Shown here piece by piece: positions 8,928-20,900 of a stretch of DNA of 64,000 bases. A program made the translations under genes and the position numbers. The notes beneath the pieces were generated by a model. That model saw nothing but the letters and a program-made list of their open reading frames with translations. It was not told where the DNA came from and ran no database searches. Numbering within the stretch: position 1 is the first letter of the stretch; every line of letters begins with the position of its first letter. Source of the DNA: Pseudomonadota bacterium (GTDB lineage Bacteria; Pseudomonadota; Gammaproteobacteria; JAKAQQ01); contig JAJZYM010000002.1 of the NCBI GenBank assembly GCA_021798115.1, forward strand, positions 14,872 to 78,871. The letters run 5' to 3'.

Positions 8928-11900
8928 GCGTGTACGTTCCCCTCGACGTGCACAGCGAGTATTCGCTTCGTGACAGCATCATCCGTCTCGACCGGCTCGT
9001 CGAAACGGCCCTCGCGTGCGGGATCCCCGCCGTGGGCCTCGCCGACGACGGGAACATGTTCGCCGCCGTGAAGTTCGTCCGCGCGGCCGAGGCCCGGGGT
9101 CTCAAGCCGCTCCTCGGGGTCGACCTCGCGCTCGTCGAGGAGACAGACGGGCGTCGTGACGAGACGGCCGATCCGCCCCGGGTGCTCCTCTACGCTCAAG
9201 ATCTCGAGGGCTACCGGCGCCTGTGTGCGCTTCTCAGCCGGCGCTACGCCTTGGGCCCGTCCACCGCGGGCGTTCCCGTCGCTTGGCTCGAGGAGTCCGG
9301 GGAGGGGCTCATCGCCGTCCTCGGGCGCGGGAGCGACATCGGTCACGACCTCGCGCATGCGCGCGAGAAAGAGGCCGAAGAGCGCCTCGAACGCTGGCTG
9401 CGTTGTTTCCCCGATCGTCTCTACCTCGGGGTGACGCGTCTTCCCCGTTCCCTCGAAGGGGTGCACCTTCAGGCCACGGTCGATCTCGCCGCCCGCCGCG
9501 GCCTTCCGCTCGTCGCGCTGAACGAGGTCCGCTTTCTCCACGCGGACGACTACGAGGCCCACGAGGCGCGGGTCTCGATCCAGGAGGGACGCACGCTCGA
9601 CGACCCGCGCCGCCGACGCCGGTTCGTCGAGCAGCAGTACCTCCGCCGCCCGGAGGAGATGGCGGCGCTCTTCCACGATCTTCCCGAAGCGCTCGAGAAC
9701 ACGGTCGAACTGGCGCGCCGGATCAACTTTGCGCCCGCTCTGGGAGGGATTCACCTCCCGTCCTACCCGCTCACGGAGGGCGAGGACGCGGAGGCGGCGC
9801 TCCGCCGGCGGGCGCGCGAGGGCCTCGCCCGCCGGCTCGCGAGCACCCGCCCGTCGGGCGACGCCCGCCGCTACGAGGAGCGGCTCGAGGAGGAACTCGG
9901 GGTCATCGCCCAGATGACTTTCTCGGGCTATTTCCTCATCGTGGCCGACTTCACTTCATGGGCCCGCACCCACGGGGTTCCCGTCGGGCCGGGGCGCGGT
10001 TCGGGGGCGGGGTCGCTCGTCGCCTACGCGCTCGAAATCACCGATCTCGATCCGTTGGTCCACGACCTTCTCTTTGAGCGGTTTCTCAACCCCGAGCGGG
10101 TCTCGATGCCCGACTTCGATATCGATTTCTGCGTCGACGGCCGCGATCGGGTCATCGCCTACGTGGTCGAACGCTACGGGACCGACAAGGTCGCGCAGAT
10201 CGCGACGTTCGGGACGATGGCGGCCCGCGCCGTCGTTCGCGACGTCACGCGCACGCTCGGTCTGCCCTACGGTCTTGGCGACCGGGTAGCCAAGCTCGTC
10301 CCCTTCGAACTCGAGATGACCCTCGAGAAGGCGCTCGAGAAGGAACCCGAGCTGCGTCGACTCCGCGACGAGGACGAGCAGGTTCGGAACATCCTCGATC
10401 TCGGCGCCCGCCTCGAGGGTCTCGTGCGCAGCGTCGGCCGGCACGCCGGCGGCGTCGTCATCGCCCCCACATGCCTGACGGACTTCGTCCCCCTCTACGG
10501 TGTCGACGAGGAGGGGCTCGTCACCCAGTTCGACAAGGACGACCTCGAAGCGGTGGGACTCGTCAAGTTCGATTTTCTCGGGCTCCGCACCCTCACCATC
10601 ATCGAGCGGGCCTTCGCGACGATCAACGCCGAGCGCCGCGCCCGGGGTGAGCCGCCCTGTGCGGCCTCCGACATTCCCCTCGATGATCCCGCGACCTACG
10701 CGCTTCTCAACCGGCTCGAGACCACCGCCGTCTTCCAGCTCGAATCCTCCGGCATGCGCGATCTCATTCGCCGTCTCGGACCGGACCGCTTCGACGACGT
10801 GGTGGCGCTCGTCGCCCTCTTCCGGCCCGGGCCGCTCCAGTCGGGCATGGTCGACGAGTTCATCGAGCGCAAGAAAGGCAAGCGCAGCGTGCGCTATCCG
10901 CACCCGGCGCTCGCCCCCATCCTGCGTCCGACCTACGGTGTCATCGTCTACCAGGAGCAGGTCATGGAGATCGCCCGCGTTCTCGCCGGCTACAGCCTGG
11001 GCCAGGCCGATCTTCTGCGCCGGGCGATGGGCAAGAAAAAACCCGAGGAAATGGCCAAGGAACGCACGCGCTTCATGGCCGGGGCCCTCGAGAAAAAGGT
11101 CCCCCACGCCGTCGCCGAGGAAATCTTCGACGTGATGGAGAAGTTCGCGGGCTACGGCTTCAACAAGTCGCATTCGGTGGCCTACGCGCTCCTCGCCTAC
11201 CAGACGGCGTGGCTCAAGGCGCACCATCCGGCTGCGTTCATGGCCGCTGTTCTCACCTGCGAAATGGGCCACACGGACAAGCTGCCGCCGCTCGTCGCCG
11301 ACGTCCGCGCCCAGGGGCTCGAACTGAGGCCGCCCGACGTGACCCGCTCCGACTATGGTTTTCTCGTCGAGGACGGAGCTCTGCGTTACGGTCTCGGGGC
11401 GATCAAGGGGCTCGGGCGTGCGGCCGTCGAGGCCCTTCTCGAACAGCGTGCGGCGCACCCCTTCGGGTCGTTCGACGATTTCGTCCGCCGTCTTCTCGGG
11501 CGGCTCAACCGCCGCACCCTCGAGATCCTGGTGAAATCCGGGGCCTGCGACGCCTTCGGCGCAAGCCGGGCGGAGCTTCTCGCTTGGCTCGAAGTGCTCG
11601 CGCAGGGCGATGCGACGCGCATTGCCGAGGGTCAGGGCGATCTCTTCGCCGCCGCCGGTGGAGGCGGCGTCGCGCCTCTCCCGCGCCCTCCCGCCGCACG
11701 TCCGTGGAGCCAGCGCGAGCGGCTCGAGCACGAAAAAGAAGTCCTCGGGCTCTACCTGAGCGGGCATCCGCTGGATGAGGTGCGCGACGATCTCCTCGTG
11801 TTCGGCGCCCGCCGTCTCTCCTCCGTGCCGGAGGGGCGTCCGGGGGAGCAGATGCCCTTCGTGATGGGCGGCCTGGTCGAACGGGTCCGCCGCCGCCAGG

Positions 11901-12412
11901 GCCGGGTGTTCCTCGAGATCGACGAGGGCGAACGGGTGGTGGACGTCCTCGTCCAGGACAACGCGCTGATCGAGCCTCCCGGCGACCCCCCGGTCGGAAG
12001 CGTCGTTCTTCTCGAGGGACAACTGCAGTACAGCGCTTTCCTCAACGGTTGGAGGTTCTGGGCGACGCGCATCCGGAGCCTCGACGTCGTGCGGGCGGCC
12101 TCCGCCCGGCGGATCGTTCTCACCTGGCACGTGGGGCCCAAAGGTGACGCGGGCGGGCGCCTCGCGCGTCTTCGCGCCTATCTCGAGGGCGCGCCCCGCG
12201 GGCGGACCGCGATCAGTCTCGAGATCGTCGGGTCCCGGGCCGCGGGGCTCGTCGATCTTCCGGACACGCGCTTCTCCGTCGCCGCGAGCACCGAGGTGTT
12301 GCGCACGCTCGAGGAACTGTCCGACGGGGCACCCCTTCGGATCCACTACGATCCGCCGACGAAGAACGGGACGCCCGTGAACGGTGCGCCGTCCGGGGCG
12401 GCCTCCGGATGA
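8924..12412 (+). CDS. dnaE: DNA polymerase III alpha subunit
   Basis: PHP domain, [46 protein letters not shown] at 8924 overlaps the rnhB stop. Confidence 0.97.
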   Translation: MSVYVPLDVHSEYSLRDSIIRLDRLVETALACGIPAVGLADDGNMFAAVKFVRAAEARGLKPLLGVDLALVEETDGRRDETADPPRVLLYAQDLEGYRRLCALLSRRYALGPSTAGVPVAWLEESGEGLIAVLGRGSDIGHDLAHAREKEAEERLERWLRCFPDRLYLGVTRLPRSLEGVHLQATVDLAARRGLPLVALNEVRFLHADDYEAHEARVSIQEGRTLDDPRRRRRFVEQQYLRRPEEMAALFHDLPEALENTVELARRINFAPALGGIHLPSYPLTEGEDAEAALRRRAREGLARRLASTRPSGDARRYEERLEEELGVIAQMTFSGYFLIVADFTSWARTHGVPVGPGRGSGAGSLVAYALEITDLDPLVHDLLFERFLNPERVSMPDFDIDFCVDGRDRVIAYVVERYGTDKVAQIATFGTMAARAVVRDVTRTLGLPYGLGDRVAKLVPFELEMTLEKALEKEPELRRLRDEDEQVRNILDLGARLEGLVRSVGRHAGGVVIAPTCLTDFVPLYGVDEEGLVTQFDKDDLEAVGLVKFDFLGLRTLTIIERAFATINAERRARGEPPCAASDIPLDDPATYALLNRLETTAVFQLESSGMRDLIRRLGPDRFDDVVALVALFRPGPLQSGMVDEFIERKKGKRSVRYPHPALAPILRPTYGVIVYQEQVMEIARVLAGYSLGQADLLRRAMGKKKPEEMAKERTRFMAGALEKKVPHAVAEEIFDVMEKFAGYGFNKSHSVAYALLAYQTAWLKAHHPAAFMAAVLTCEMGHTDKLPPLVADVRAQGLELRPPDVTRSDYGFLVEDGALRYGLGAIKGLGRAAVEALLEQRAAHPFGSFDDFVRRLLGRLNRRTLEILVKSGACDAFGASRAELLAWLEVLAQGDATRIAEGQGDLFAAAGGGGVAPLPRPPAARPWSQRERLEHEKEVLGLYLSGHPLDEVRDDLLVFGARRLSSVPEGRPGEQMPFVMGGLVERVRRRQGRVFLEIDEGERVVDVLVQDNALIEPPGDPPVGSVVLLEGQLQYSAFLNGWRFWATRIRSLDVVRAASARRIVLTWHVGPKGDAGGRLARLRAYLEGAPRGRTAISLEIVGSRAAGLVDLPDTRFSVAASTEVLRTLEELSDGAPLRIHYDPPTKNGTPVNGAPSGAASG

Positions 12413-12461
12413 GGGACGGAGCTCGGCTACAATGCCCGGATCAGCGCGGACGGAAGGAGCG

Positions 12462-13427
12462 ATGAGCGAGCGGCGACTCCAGTTTCTTGGGTTCGAACAG
12501 CCCATCGCCGAAGCCGAGGCGGGGCGCGAGCGGCTTCTCGCGGCGGCGGACGGCGGGGAGGAGAAAGCGCGCGAGCTCGCCCGGCTCGACGAGCGGATTG
12601 AGAGCCTCACGCGCTCGATCTACGCCGATCTCGATCCCTGGCGCATCACCCAGGTCTCGCGTCATCCGCAGCGGCCCTACACGCTCGATTACATCGAGCG
12701 GCTCATGACCGACTTCGAGCCTCTCGCCGGGGACCGCTCGACCGCCGATGATCCGGCGCTCGTGGGCGGGCTCGCCCGCTTCCACGGGCGCTCCCTCGTC
12801 GTCCTCGGCCACCAGAAGGGTCGGGACACGAAAGAGAAGATCGCCCGCAACTTCGGCATGCCAAAGCCCGAGGGCTATCGCAAAGCGCTACGCCTCATGC
12901 AGCTCGCCGAACGTTTCCGTCTTCCCGTCGTCACATTCATCGACACCCCGGGCGCATACCCGGGCGTCGAGGCCGAGGAACGCAACCAGAGCGAGGCGAT
13001 CGCGCGCAACCTCGCCGTCATGTCGCAGCTCGCCGTCCCGATCGTCTCCTTCGTCATCGGCGAGGGCGGTTCGGGAGGGGCGCTCGCGATCGGCGTCGCC
13101 GACCGCCTGGTCATGCTCCAGTACAGCATCTATTCGGTCATTTCGCCCGAGGGTTGCGCCTCGATCCTGTGGAAATCGGCGGAATACGCCGCGACGGCCG
13201 CCGCGGCCCTGGGGCTCACCGCCGAGCGCCTGCATGAACTCGGACTCGTCGACCGGGTGATCGAGGAGCCCCTCGGCGGGGCGCACCGCGCGCCGGAGGA
13301 AGCCGCCCGCCGCATCGGGGATGTCCTGGGCGAAGAACTCGAAGCTCTCCTCGCTCTTCCGACCGAGCGCCTCCTCGCCGCGCGTTACGAGAAGATCATG
13401 CGCTACGGCGTCTACACGAGCGGTTGA
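12462..13427 (+). CDS. accA: Acetyl-CoA carboxylase carboxyltransferase alpha
   Basis: [43 protein letters not shown]. Confidence 0.97.
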   Translation: MSERRLQFLGFEQPIAEAEAGRERLLAAADGGEEKARELARLDERIESLTRSIYADLDPWRITQVSRHPQRPYTLDYIERLMTDFEPLAGDRSTADDPALVGGLARFHGRSLVVLGHQKGRDTKEKIARNFGMPKPEGYRKALRLMQLAERFRLPVVTFIDTPGAYPGVEAEERNQSEAIARNLAVMSQLAVPIVSFVIGEGGSGGALAIGVADRLVMLQYSIYSVISPEGCASILWKSAEYAATAAAALGLTAERLHELGLVDRVIEEPLGGAHRAPEEAARRIGDVLGEELEALLALPTERLLAARYEKIMRYGVYTSG

Positions 13428-14808
13428 GACGACGGACGGGAAGCGGGGCCGTCTCGTCGATCTGGGCGTCGAGCGCTTCCGCCGGGCGCTCGTCGCGGCG
13501 GAGGGCCGTCCCCTCCGGGCGGCCGTCTCCGGCGGGCGCGATTCGCTCGTCCTTCTCGATCTTGTCCTTCACCTGGTGCACCCGAAGGATCGCTCTCTGG
13601 CGGTTCTGCACTTCCACCATGGGAGCGGCGAGCACGCGGATCGGGCGCTCGCGGCTGTCACCGCCCTCTGCCGGGAGCACAGCCTGGCCCTCGAGGTGGG
13701 GCGTTTCGCCGAGGATCAGGCCCCCCGCACGGGCGGGATCGAAGCGCGCTGGCGGGCCGCCCGCTACGCCTGGTTCGCTGCGTGTCTCGATCCAGAGGGG
13801 GTTCTCCTGACCGCCCACCACGCCGACGATCGTCTCGAGAGTCTCGTGCTCTCCCTCCTCCGCGGCGGGGGAGGAGACGGCTGGACGGCGATGGGTCGCA
13901 CGGGGGTGATGAGGCCTTTTGCTTCGGGTTATCTTTTGCGTCCCCTTCTCGACTGGAGACGCGCCGAGATCGAAGCCTACGCGCGGGCGCGCAAGCTTCC
14001 GTGGGTCGAGGATCCCGGCAACAGCGATGAGACTCGGGCGCGTGTCTTTGTCCGTCGCCGTGTGGTCGGGCCGCTCGCCAGACGCTGGCCGTCGGCGGCG
14101 AGGACGGCCGCCCGGGGTCTCGATGCCCTGGCCGAAGACGAGGAGAGACTCCGGCGGATCACCGCCGAGAAGTACGCCGAGGTGGTGCATAGCCACGTTC
14201 TCGAGGTGACGAAGATCCGGGCATGCCCCCCGTCCGAGCGGCGTGCACTTCTCCGCCTCTGGCTCGTGCAGCACGGCGGGGCGAAACTTCCTCGTCCGCG
14301 CTTTGCGCTTCTCGAGGAGGCGTGCAGCGGGGACGGGGCGAGGGCGCTCGAGGTGCGTGGGGAGGAGGGCCGGTGTTACGCACTCTTCGCCGGTGGACTC
14401 TACGCTCTTCTCCCGCTTCCCGCCGTTCCTCCGGCGGATTGGGAAGGAATTGCGGACGAGCGTGGAGTCGTGATGCTGCCCTCGGGCTATGGGAAGCTTT
14501 TCCTCCGCGGGGGCGAGGGGGGACATGTCCGCTTCCGCCGGGGTGGGGAGTGTCTCGCCTGGGGGCGCGAGGGGACGCGTCTTCAGGAGTTTCTCCGCCG
14601 CCGCCGTGTGCCACCCTGGTTGCGTTCGCGTCTTCCCCTGGTTCTTGTCGAGGGGAGAATCCGTGCCGTCGCCCCCCGGTGGGTTGAAGAGAGCTGGCGG
14701 GCCCGAGGTGGAGGCGTCGTCTGGATTCCGGATTCGGTGGGACTGATCCAGGCGCTTCAGGATGTCGAGGAGCGGAAGAACCCTTCCGCGACAGGATCCC
14801 CTTCTTGA
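13423..14808 (+). CDS. tilS: tRNA(Ile)-lysidine synthetase (start uncertain)
   Basis: PP-loop SGGRDS, TAHHADD, LLRPLL, EDPGN, C-terminal VPPWLR; follows accA. Confidence 0.9.
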   Translation, partial: VETTDGKRGRLVDLGVERFRRALVAAEGRPLRAAVSGGRDSLVLLDLVLHLVHPKDRSLAVLHFHHGSGEHADRALAAVTALCREHSLALEVGRFAEDQAPRTGGIEARWRAARYAWFAACLDPEGVLLTAHHADDRLESLVLSLLRGGGGDGWTAMGRTGVMRPFASGYLLRPLLDWRRAEIEAYARARKLPWVEDPGNSDETRARVFVRRRVVGPLARRWPSAARTAARGLDALAEDEERLRRITAEKYAEVVHSHVLEVTKIRACPPSERRALLRLWLVQHGGAKLPRPRFALLEEACSGDGARALEVRGEEGRCYALFAGGLYALLPLPAVPPADWEGIADERGVVMLPSGYGKLFLRGGEGGHVRFRRGGECLAWGREGTRLQEFLRRRRVPPWLRSRLPLVLVEGRIRAVAPRWVEESWRARGGGVVWIPDSVGLIQALQDVEERKNPSATGSPS

Positions 14809-14866
14809 GGGTCGTCGCCTCGTTTTCGCCTGTCGTCCATCTCCCTGAACGGGGCTTTTGAGGCCC

Positions 14867-14895
14867 GGCCCGGGTGCCGGGCGGTCACCCGGGCC
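14867..14895. repeat. GC-rich hairpin between tilS and infA
   Basis: GGCCCGGGTG (14867-76) pairs perfectly with CACCCGGGCC (14886-95); no U-tract. Confidence 0.5.
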
Positions 14896-14913
14896 CCTCG
14901 ATTCGGTGGGGAG

Positions 14914-14942
14914 TTGACCCGCGCGTCCCTCTGAGGCACAAT
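14914..14942 (+). promoter_or_regulatory. Sigma70-type promoter of infA
   Basis: TTGACC-N17-CACAAT, 32 nt before the ATG. Confidence 0.65.
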
Positions 14943-14974
14943 AGCCGCGCCCTGCCTGTGCCCTGACGAGTGCC

Positions 14975-15193
14975 ATGCCGAAAGAAGAGAGTCTGCAGAT
15001 GGAGGGGACGGTCGTCGAGACCCTCCCCAACACCAGTTTCCGTGTGCGGCTCGACAACGGGCACGTGGTGCTCGCGCACATCTCCGGCAAGATGCGCAAG
15101 AACTACATCCGTATCCTCACGGGCGACAAGGTCACGGTGGAACTCACGCCCTACGATCTCACGAAGGGGCGGATCATTTACCGCAATCGCTGA
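14975..15193 (+). CDS. infA: Translation initiation factor IF-1
   Basis: 72 aa, near-canonical sequence ([20 protein letters not shown]). Confidence 0.99.
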   Translation: MPKEESLQMEGTVVETLPNTSFRVRLDNGHVVLAHISGKMRKNYIRILTGDKVTVELTPYDLTKGRIIYRNR

Positions 15194-16188
15194 TCGGCGC
15201 GCGGCTCCTCCTCGCGGGCGAGCCAGCCTGCGAGCGCGCGGGGCTCGACGTTTCCGCCGCTCAGGAGAAGACCGATCGTGCGCCCGCGTCGCTCCGCTTC
15301 GGGAAGCGCCAGAAGCGCGGCCACGACCGTGGCCGACGAAGGCTCGATGACCGCGTGCGTCTCGCGCACGAAAAGGCGGAGAGCGCTGATCGTCTCCTCA
15401 TCCGTCACCGTGAGGACGTCGTCCACCGCACGGCGGATGATCGCGAACGGGAGCACCCCCACGAGCGCCCGAAGGCCGTCCGCGATCGTCTCGGGTTGAT
15501 GCCGCGTGAGGCGGTTTCCTGTCATCAAGGACTCCCGGGTGTCGGCCGCCCCGGCGGGTTCGACGCCGAGAAGGCGTGCTTCGGGACGGCGGGCGCGGAG
15601 CACGAGTGCGCTGCCGGCGATGAGACCCCCGCCGCCCACGGGGACGAGGAGCGTGTCGAGATCGGGCGCCTGGTCGAGGAATTCGTCGCAGGCGGTTCCC
15701 TGTCCGGCGATGACGCGCCGGTCGTCGTAAGGGGGGATGGCCATCAAGCCCTCGGTGGCCACGAGGCGTGCGAGCGTGGCTTCGCGCGCTTCCTGCGTGG
15801 GGGCGCAGGGGACGATGCGCGCACCTTCCTCTTCGAGGAGACGGATCTTGGCGGGACTCGATCCCTCGGGGAGAGCGACCGTGACCGACACGCCGAGACG
15901 CCGGCCGGCGTAGGCGAGGGCTGCGCCGTGGTTGCCGGAACTGTGGGTGACGACGCCGCGGCGGCGCTCTTCTTCGCTGAGGCCGAGGAGGGCGTTCGTG
16001 GCCCCGCGGATCTTGAAGGCCCCGGTCGGTTGGAACTGTTCGCACTTGAGGAGGATGCGGCAGTCGAGCCGTTCTCCGAGCCGCGTCCACGAGAGGACGG
16101 GGGTGGGAGGGATGAGGCCGGCGAGGCGTTCCCGGGCGGCGCGCACGTCTTCGTAGGACGGGAGTTCGGCGAGGGGGGCGGAGGCCAT
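15178..16188 (-). CDS. PLP-dependent serine/threonine dehydratase or serine racemase
   Basis: [43 protein letters not shown] at 16188. Confidence 0.9.
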   Translation of the reverse strand: MASAPLAELPSYEDVRAARERLAGLIPPTPVLSWTRLGERLDCRILLKCEQFQPTGAFKIRGATNALLGLSEEERRRGVVTHSSGNHGAALAYAGRRLGVSVTVALPEGSSPAKIRLLEEEGARIVPCAPTQEAREATLARLVATEGLMAIPPYDDRRVIAGQGTACDEFLDQAPDLDTLLVPVGGGGLIAGSALVLRARRPEARLLGVEPAGAADTRESLMTGNRLTRHQPETIADGLRALVGVLPFAIIRRAVDDVLTVTDEETISALRLFVRETHAVIEPSSATVVAALLALPEAERRGRTIGLLLSGGNVEPRALAGWLAREEEPRADQRLR

Positions 16189-17429
16189 CACACGCTCCTG
16201 TGCACACCGTGCGGCCGCCAGGCCGGGGCGATCACATCGGGGGAAGGGCTCCGTTCGAGGAGCGCGGCCGGGTGGACCGACCAGGGGCCGAAACGGTGGT
16301 TGATGGCGTCGACCGCGGCGTTGAGACGCGCCCGGCGGGGATCGGGGGCGTTCCAGAGATCCGCTTGCCGCCCGCACGCGCGGGGGTCGAGGGCGAGGAC
16401 GTGGATGCGGTCGACCCCCTGGCCGGTCCAGACGTCGTTCAGGAACCGGGGGACGTAGGGACGGAGCACCGAGGCGTCGTTCGTGGCCACGGCCAGGCGG
16501 TGGACGGCCTCGCAGGTTGTTGTGCGGCTGTAAGTGGCGAAGCGGAAATTCTGGGCCTCGAGGTCGTGGGCGCGCAGGCGGGCGGCGAGTTTCTCGATCA
16601 TGTGGAGGAAATAGACCGTGAGGAGTTCGCGCTCGGTGGTCCCCGGGGGCGTGACTTTGCCGTGGCCGAGGGTGCGGGGAGGGCGCGGATCGCTCGGCTG
16701 GACGGGGTCGGGATCGGCGCCCTGGGCCATGAGCCAGTAGCGAAGACCCGGGGGGCCGAAGCGGCGGGTGAGTACGCTCGGAGGGAGTCGGGCCATCTCC
16801 CCGCAGGTGTGCACACCGCGGGCGGCCAGAAACGATCCGATCCCGTTCTTGATCCCGCAGAGTTCGGTGACGGGCACCGGACTCAGGCGGGTGCGGGCTT
16901 CCCACGGGGGGATCACGACGAACCCCCGGGGTTTTTTGAGCTTGGCCGCGTACTTGGCCGTCGTCTTGTCGCCCGAGAGGCCGACGCTGCAGGGAAGTCC
17001 CGTCTCGTGCAGGATGAGATCCTGGGCGCGACGGGCGAGCCCCACCGGGGAGCCGAGTTCCTGGCAGTGGGTGAGATCGAGAAAGGCTTCGTCGACCGAG
17101 AAGACCTCGAGATCCGGGGTGATCGTCGTGAGGAGATCCATGATCCGCGTCGAGATCTCGGCGTAGCGTTGCGGGCGGGCCGAACGCTGCACGAGGTCGG
17201 GGCAAAGCCCGCGGGCTTCGCGCAGGCGCATGCCGGTGTGTACGCCGAAGCGGCGGGCCTCGTAGGAGCAGGTGATGATGCAGGTGCCGAGCGCGCCGTT
17301 CGTGACCGCCACGGGCCGGTCGCGGAGTTCCGGAAAGTCGAGCTGCTCGATGCTGGCGAAGAACGCGTTCATGTCGACGAGCGCGACGGCGCGCGGCCAG
17401 CGGATACGAAAACGCCAGGAATCGTTCAC
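16188..17429 (-). CDS. dinB: Y-family DNA polymerase IV
   Basis: VDMNAFFASIE, CSYEARRFGV, SVDEAFLD, clamp-like QADLW; GTG at 17429 after GAGGAG. Confidence 0.9.
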   Translation of the reverse strand: MNDSWRFRIRWPRAVALVDMNAFFASIEQLDFPELRDRPVAVTNGALGTCIITCSYEARRFGVHTGMRLREARGLCPDLVQRSARPQRYAEISTRIMDLLTTITPDLEVFSVDEAFLDLTHCQELGSPVGLARRAQDLILHETGLPCSVGLSGDKTTAKYAAKLKKPRGFVVIPPWEARTRLSPVPVTELCGIKNGIGSFLAARGVHTCGEMARLPPSVLTRRFGPPGLRYWLMAQGADPDPVQPSDPRPPRTLGHGKVTPPGTTERELLTVYFLHMIEKLAARLRAHDLEAQNFRFATYSRTTTCEAVHRLAVATNDASVLRPYVPRFLNDVWTGQGVDRIHVLALDPRACGRQADLWNAPDPRRARLNAAVDAINHRFGPWSVHPAALLERSPSPDVIAPAWRPHGVHRSV

Positions 17430-17477
17430 GCTGCTCCTCAACGACTCCAGGTGGCGGCGGGACGGAACGGGGGAAGG

Positions 17478-17486
17478 AGTGTAGCA
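17478..17486 (-). promoter_or_regulatory. Possible extended -10 promoter of dinB
   Basis: TG-C-TACACT on the minus strand, about 50 nt upstream of the start. Confidence 0.4.
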
Positions 17487-17599
17487 CGCGGACCTGGGCT
17501 CCGGGCCGACCCTCGAGAGGTCCGGATCAACTCCTCTGGCCGTGGTTCCCAAGACCTCATGCGAGAGAGGGGTGAGAAAGTGAGAGGGATGATAGTAAA

Positions 17600-17627
17600 T
17601 CGAGAAATAATATTTATTATGTTAATA
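17600..17627 (+). other. XerCD dif-like recombination site
   Basis: TCGAGAAATAA-TATTTA-TTATGTTAATA versus E. coli dif GGTGCGCATAA-TGTATA-TTATGTTAAAT; same 11-6-11 layout, XerD arm 9/11 identical. Confidence 0.65.
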
Positions 17628-17955
17628 TTATTGATAATAATATCTCTTTATGCTCTTGGCCGTGATGATTATGGCCGGTGTGGACTGAGAGATGTTTGAG
17701 AGCGCCTTTGCCCGGGCAGGGCGGGATAGCGCTGTCCTTTCTGTCCCCGTGGCGGGTAAGCCTCCCGACGTCTTGAGGGGCGGTCAAGGTGTTGCCGGGC
17801 ACCCCACAACAACACTGAATCCCCATCGATCGCTGCAAGACCTCTCGGCGTGAGCGCATGCGATCCGTGTCCGGAGGCTGTGATCGCGCGTTGCAATGAG
17901 GGGGAGCGGCGAGCGGCTCGATGCGTCCCTTCCTGTTCCGCCTTCCCGTACGCGG

Positions 17956-20900
17956 TCAACGCCGCTGAGGTAGAGCTCCGTAAAGGACGGGGGCGACCCA
18001 GAGAGTCATGAAGGTTGCGAGCAGAAGCCCTCCCATGACGGAGAGGGCGAGAGGTTGCAGAAGGTCCGTGCCGTGACCTACGCCCACCGCCAAAGGCAGA
18101 AAGCCAAAGACGTCGGCCAGCATGGTCATCAGGATGGGGCGGAGTCGTTCACGGGCCGCCAACACGACCGAAGAGGGACGAGGAGGGTGGCCCCCCAACT
18201 GTCGGGCACGCGCAAAGATCAGAATGACGTTGTTCACGGCCACGGCGAACACGAGAAGAACGCCGAGAAACGCCGTGCTGTCAAGATCCGTTCCGGTCAG
18301 CAGGAGGAGGAGCAACGCCCCGGGCGCGGCCAAGGCCACGGACAAGAGCGCGACGGCCGCCGCGCGTTGGCTGCCGAACTGCAGTCCCAGCAAGATGAGC
18401 AGAATCAACAAGGCCGCGGCCAGGATGACCAGCATGTGACGGAAACTGGTTTGCTGCTCGCGATAGTAACCCGCGATGCGGCTGGTGACGCCCGCGGGCA
18501 AATGGGTTCGGGCGATGATGGATTGTGCGCGCGCCGCAGCGACCGACAATCCCTCCCCGCTCCGCGGGCTCAGTTTGATTTCGGCGTCGGGGGCAAGGTT
18601 TTGATAAGTGACGTAAGGCACGACCCCCTGAAGATGCATCTCGGTGTTCAGGGACAAGGGTGCGCGCGTCCCGTCGGGAAGGGCGAGGAGGGTCCGGCCG
18701 AGATTTTGCGGGGTGACGTCGGGAGGATTGGTGACGTGGACGTCGATCGGGAGGATCTGCTCGCCGTGCAGCAAGAAGCCCGCGGTCTCGCCCCAGAAAC
18801 GGGCTTTCAAGCCGTCCGCAATCGCCTGCGGCGCGAATCCTTCCATGACCGCCTGGGCGTTGGGCTGGATTTGGATTTCCGGTCCGGTGGACGGCGCTTT
18901 GAGGACGATCGAATGGAAATCGTGACTCGCCTCGAGCTTCCGCGTCAGTCCGGCCGCCAGCGCCTGCAGTTCGCGGGAGCTCTTTCCGAACAGCTGGATC
19001 ACCAAGGGGGCATGGGAGCCGGACATGTTTCCCAGACGGTTGATCATGATCTGCTGGGTTTCGAGGGTCGTGAGGTCGGGGACGGCACGCCGAAAAAGAC
19101 GACGCAGGCTCTGCATCACCCGCTCCGTCGATTCGCTGTGCCGGCTCTTGAGCTGGACGGTCAAGGCCCCCTTGTTGGGGGTGGAGTAGGCGTTGCCCAA
19201 TCCCCGCCCGACGACGAGCGAGACGTGTTTCACCTCGGGGTCGTGCCGGGCGATCGCCATGAGTCGGCGACCGATGCGCAGGGTCTGTTTCGGGCCGCTT
19301 CCGGCCGGCGTACGAAAGGGAACGACGAACAGTCCTTCGTCCCAATGCGGGAGAAACGCGGTCGGCAGTTGCACGGCGGCCACGGCGGTGATCAGAAGAA
19401 GGACGACGAGCAAGGGGGCCACGAGCCATGGGCGGCGCACGCCGCCGATCAGCCAGCGCCCGTAACTCCGACGCAACCAGCGCTCGCCCCAAAGACGGTA
19501 GTGCCCCGGAGTGTGGCCGGCTACCCACAAGGCCAACACCGGGGTGATCGTCAAGGCGATGATTTGTGAGGTGACGAGAGCGATCACGATGGCGAGCGCC
19601 ATGCTGCGGAAGAGCAACCCCACCGTGCCGGACAGAAAGACGAGGGGGAGGAAGACGACGATGGCGGTGAGTGTGGCGAGCGTCATGAGTGTGAGGATGT
19701 GTCGGAGACGCTGGAGTGCTTGTTCCCGACGGGCTTCAACGCCTTCTTCGTCGAGGCCGTGGATGCCGCGCTCGACGATCACGATGGCGTGGTCCACCAA
19801 CGCGCCGACGGCTGCGGTGAGACCCCCCAAGGTCATGATGTCCACACCGAAACCCAAGGCGTGGAGCGTGAGCAGGGTGGCGCCCAGCGCCAGCGGCACC
19901 ACCGTCAAGGTCGAGAGTGCGGCGTCGAGGCGACCGAGAAAAAGCAGGATCACAAGGAAGGTGAGCGCGGTGCCCAACCCAAGAGCGGCCCAGACGTCGC
20001 TCAGGCTCGAGCGGATGAGACGGCTGAGGTCGTAGACCGACACGAGGTGCATGTGTGGCGGCAGATGGCGGGACAGACGTTGAAGTTCCCGCGTGACGGC
20101 GGCCGCAACGCGTGTCTGGTTGGTCCCCCGTTGCGCCGAGATGTCAAGGATGAGGGCGTGCGGCCATCCGGCTACGGCCGCCTCCCGGATGAGAGGCGGG
20201 GGGGCGATGCGGAGAGTCCCGAGCGCGCCGAGCGGGATCGGTGTCCGGAGGCCCCGTGCATCGGGCGGCCCGAGGGGCAGCTCAAGGCTAGCCAGAGCAC
20301 GAACGCTCCGCGGACGGGCGGTCGTCGCGATCAGGAATTGCTCGTGGTAGGCGTTCAGGACACCGGAAAAAAAAGGGCCCTGGTAGGCCCGAAGCGCCCT
20401 CACCACATCTGCGGCGCTCAGGTGATACTGAGCCAGCCGCCGCGCGTGGAGCATGACCCGGACTTCCGGCTCGCCGCGCCCGGTCGCGTGGACGTGGTAG
20501 ACCCCCGGGATCGACAAGAGCGCCGGTCGGATGGTGAAGGCGAACGTCGCCATCATCGCAGAGCTGTTCAGACGGCGGGAGACCAGCGCGGACTCCACCA
20601 GAGGGTAGATGTTCGGGGTCATCAACCTGACGCTCATGGCGGCGCCGGGCGGGAGCGGAACATGGGACAGTCGGGCCTGAAGGAGGAGATAGTCTTGTTC
20701 GGCCGAGGTTCCGTGGCGGAAATAGACGTGCAGCTTGCTCAACCCGTTGCCCGTCTGGGCGCGTACCAAGGTGACGCCGGGTTCGCCCTTCGCGATGTCC
20801 TCGAGGGGGCGCGTGACCGCGACCAACATGTAGCGGACCGGGAGATTCTCGGTGTGTACCAGGACGGCGACCTTGGGGAAATTGATCGGAGGAAAGACGC

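Noticed and set aside
9956..12610. Long antisense and alternative-frame ORFs (e.g. 884 aa opposite dnaE, 643 aa opposite pheT, 570 aa opposite rplT/pheS)
   Set aside because: Shadow ORFs expected in high-GC DNA; they overlap clear housekeeping genes and carry no motifs
15178..17487. 769-aa ORF suggesting a large fusion to the dehydratase
   Set aside because: The upstream part is an alternative frame of dinB; the real start is ATG 16188
16200..17699. 499-aa plus-strand ORF with a hydrophobic C-terminal segment
   Set aside because: Antisense to dinB; the apparent TM helix is just translation of the AT-rich dif-like patch
17665..17955. Possible structured RNA or riboswitch between the dif-like site and the RND gene
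   Set aside because: Only short hairpins (e.g. GTGTTG/CAACAC); no family recognised by eye; an Rfam/Infernal search is needed
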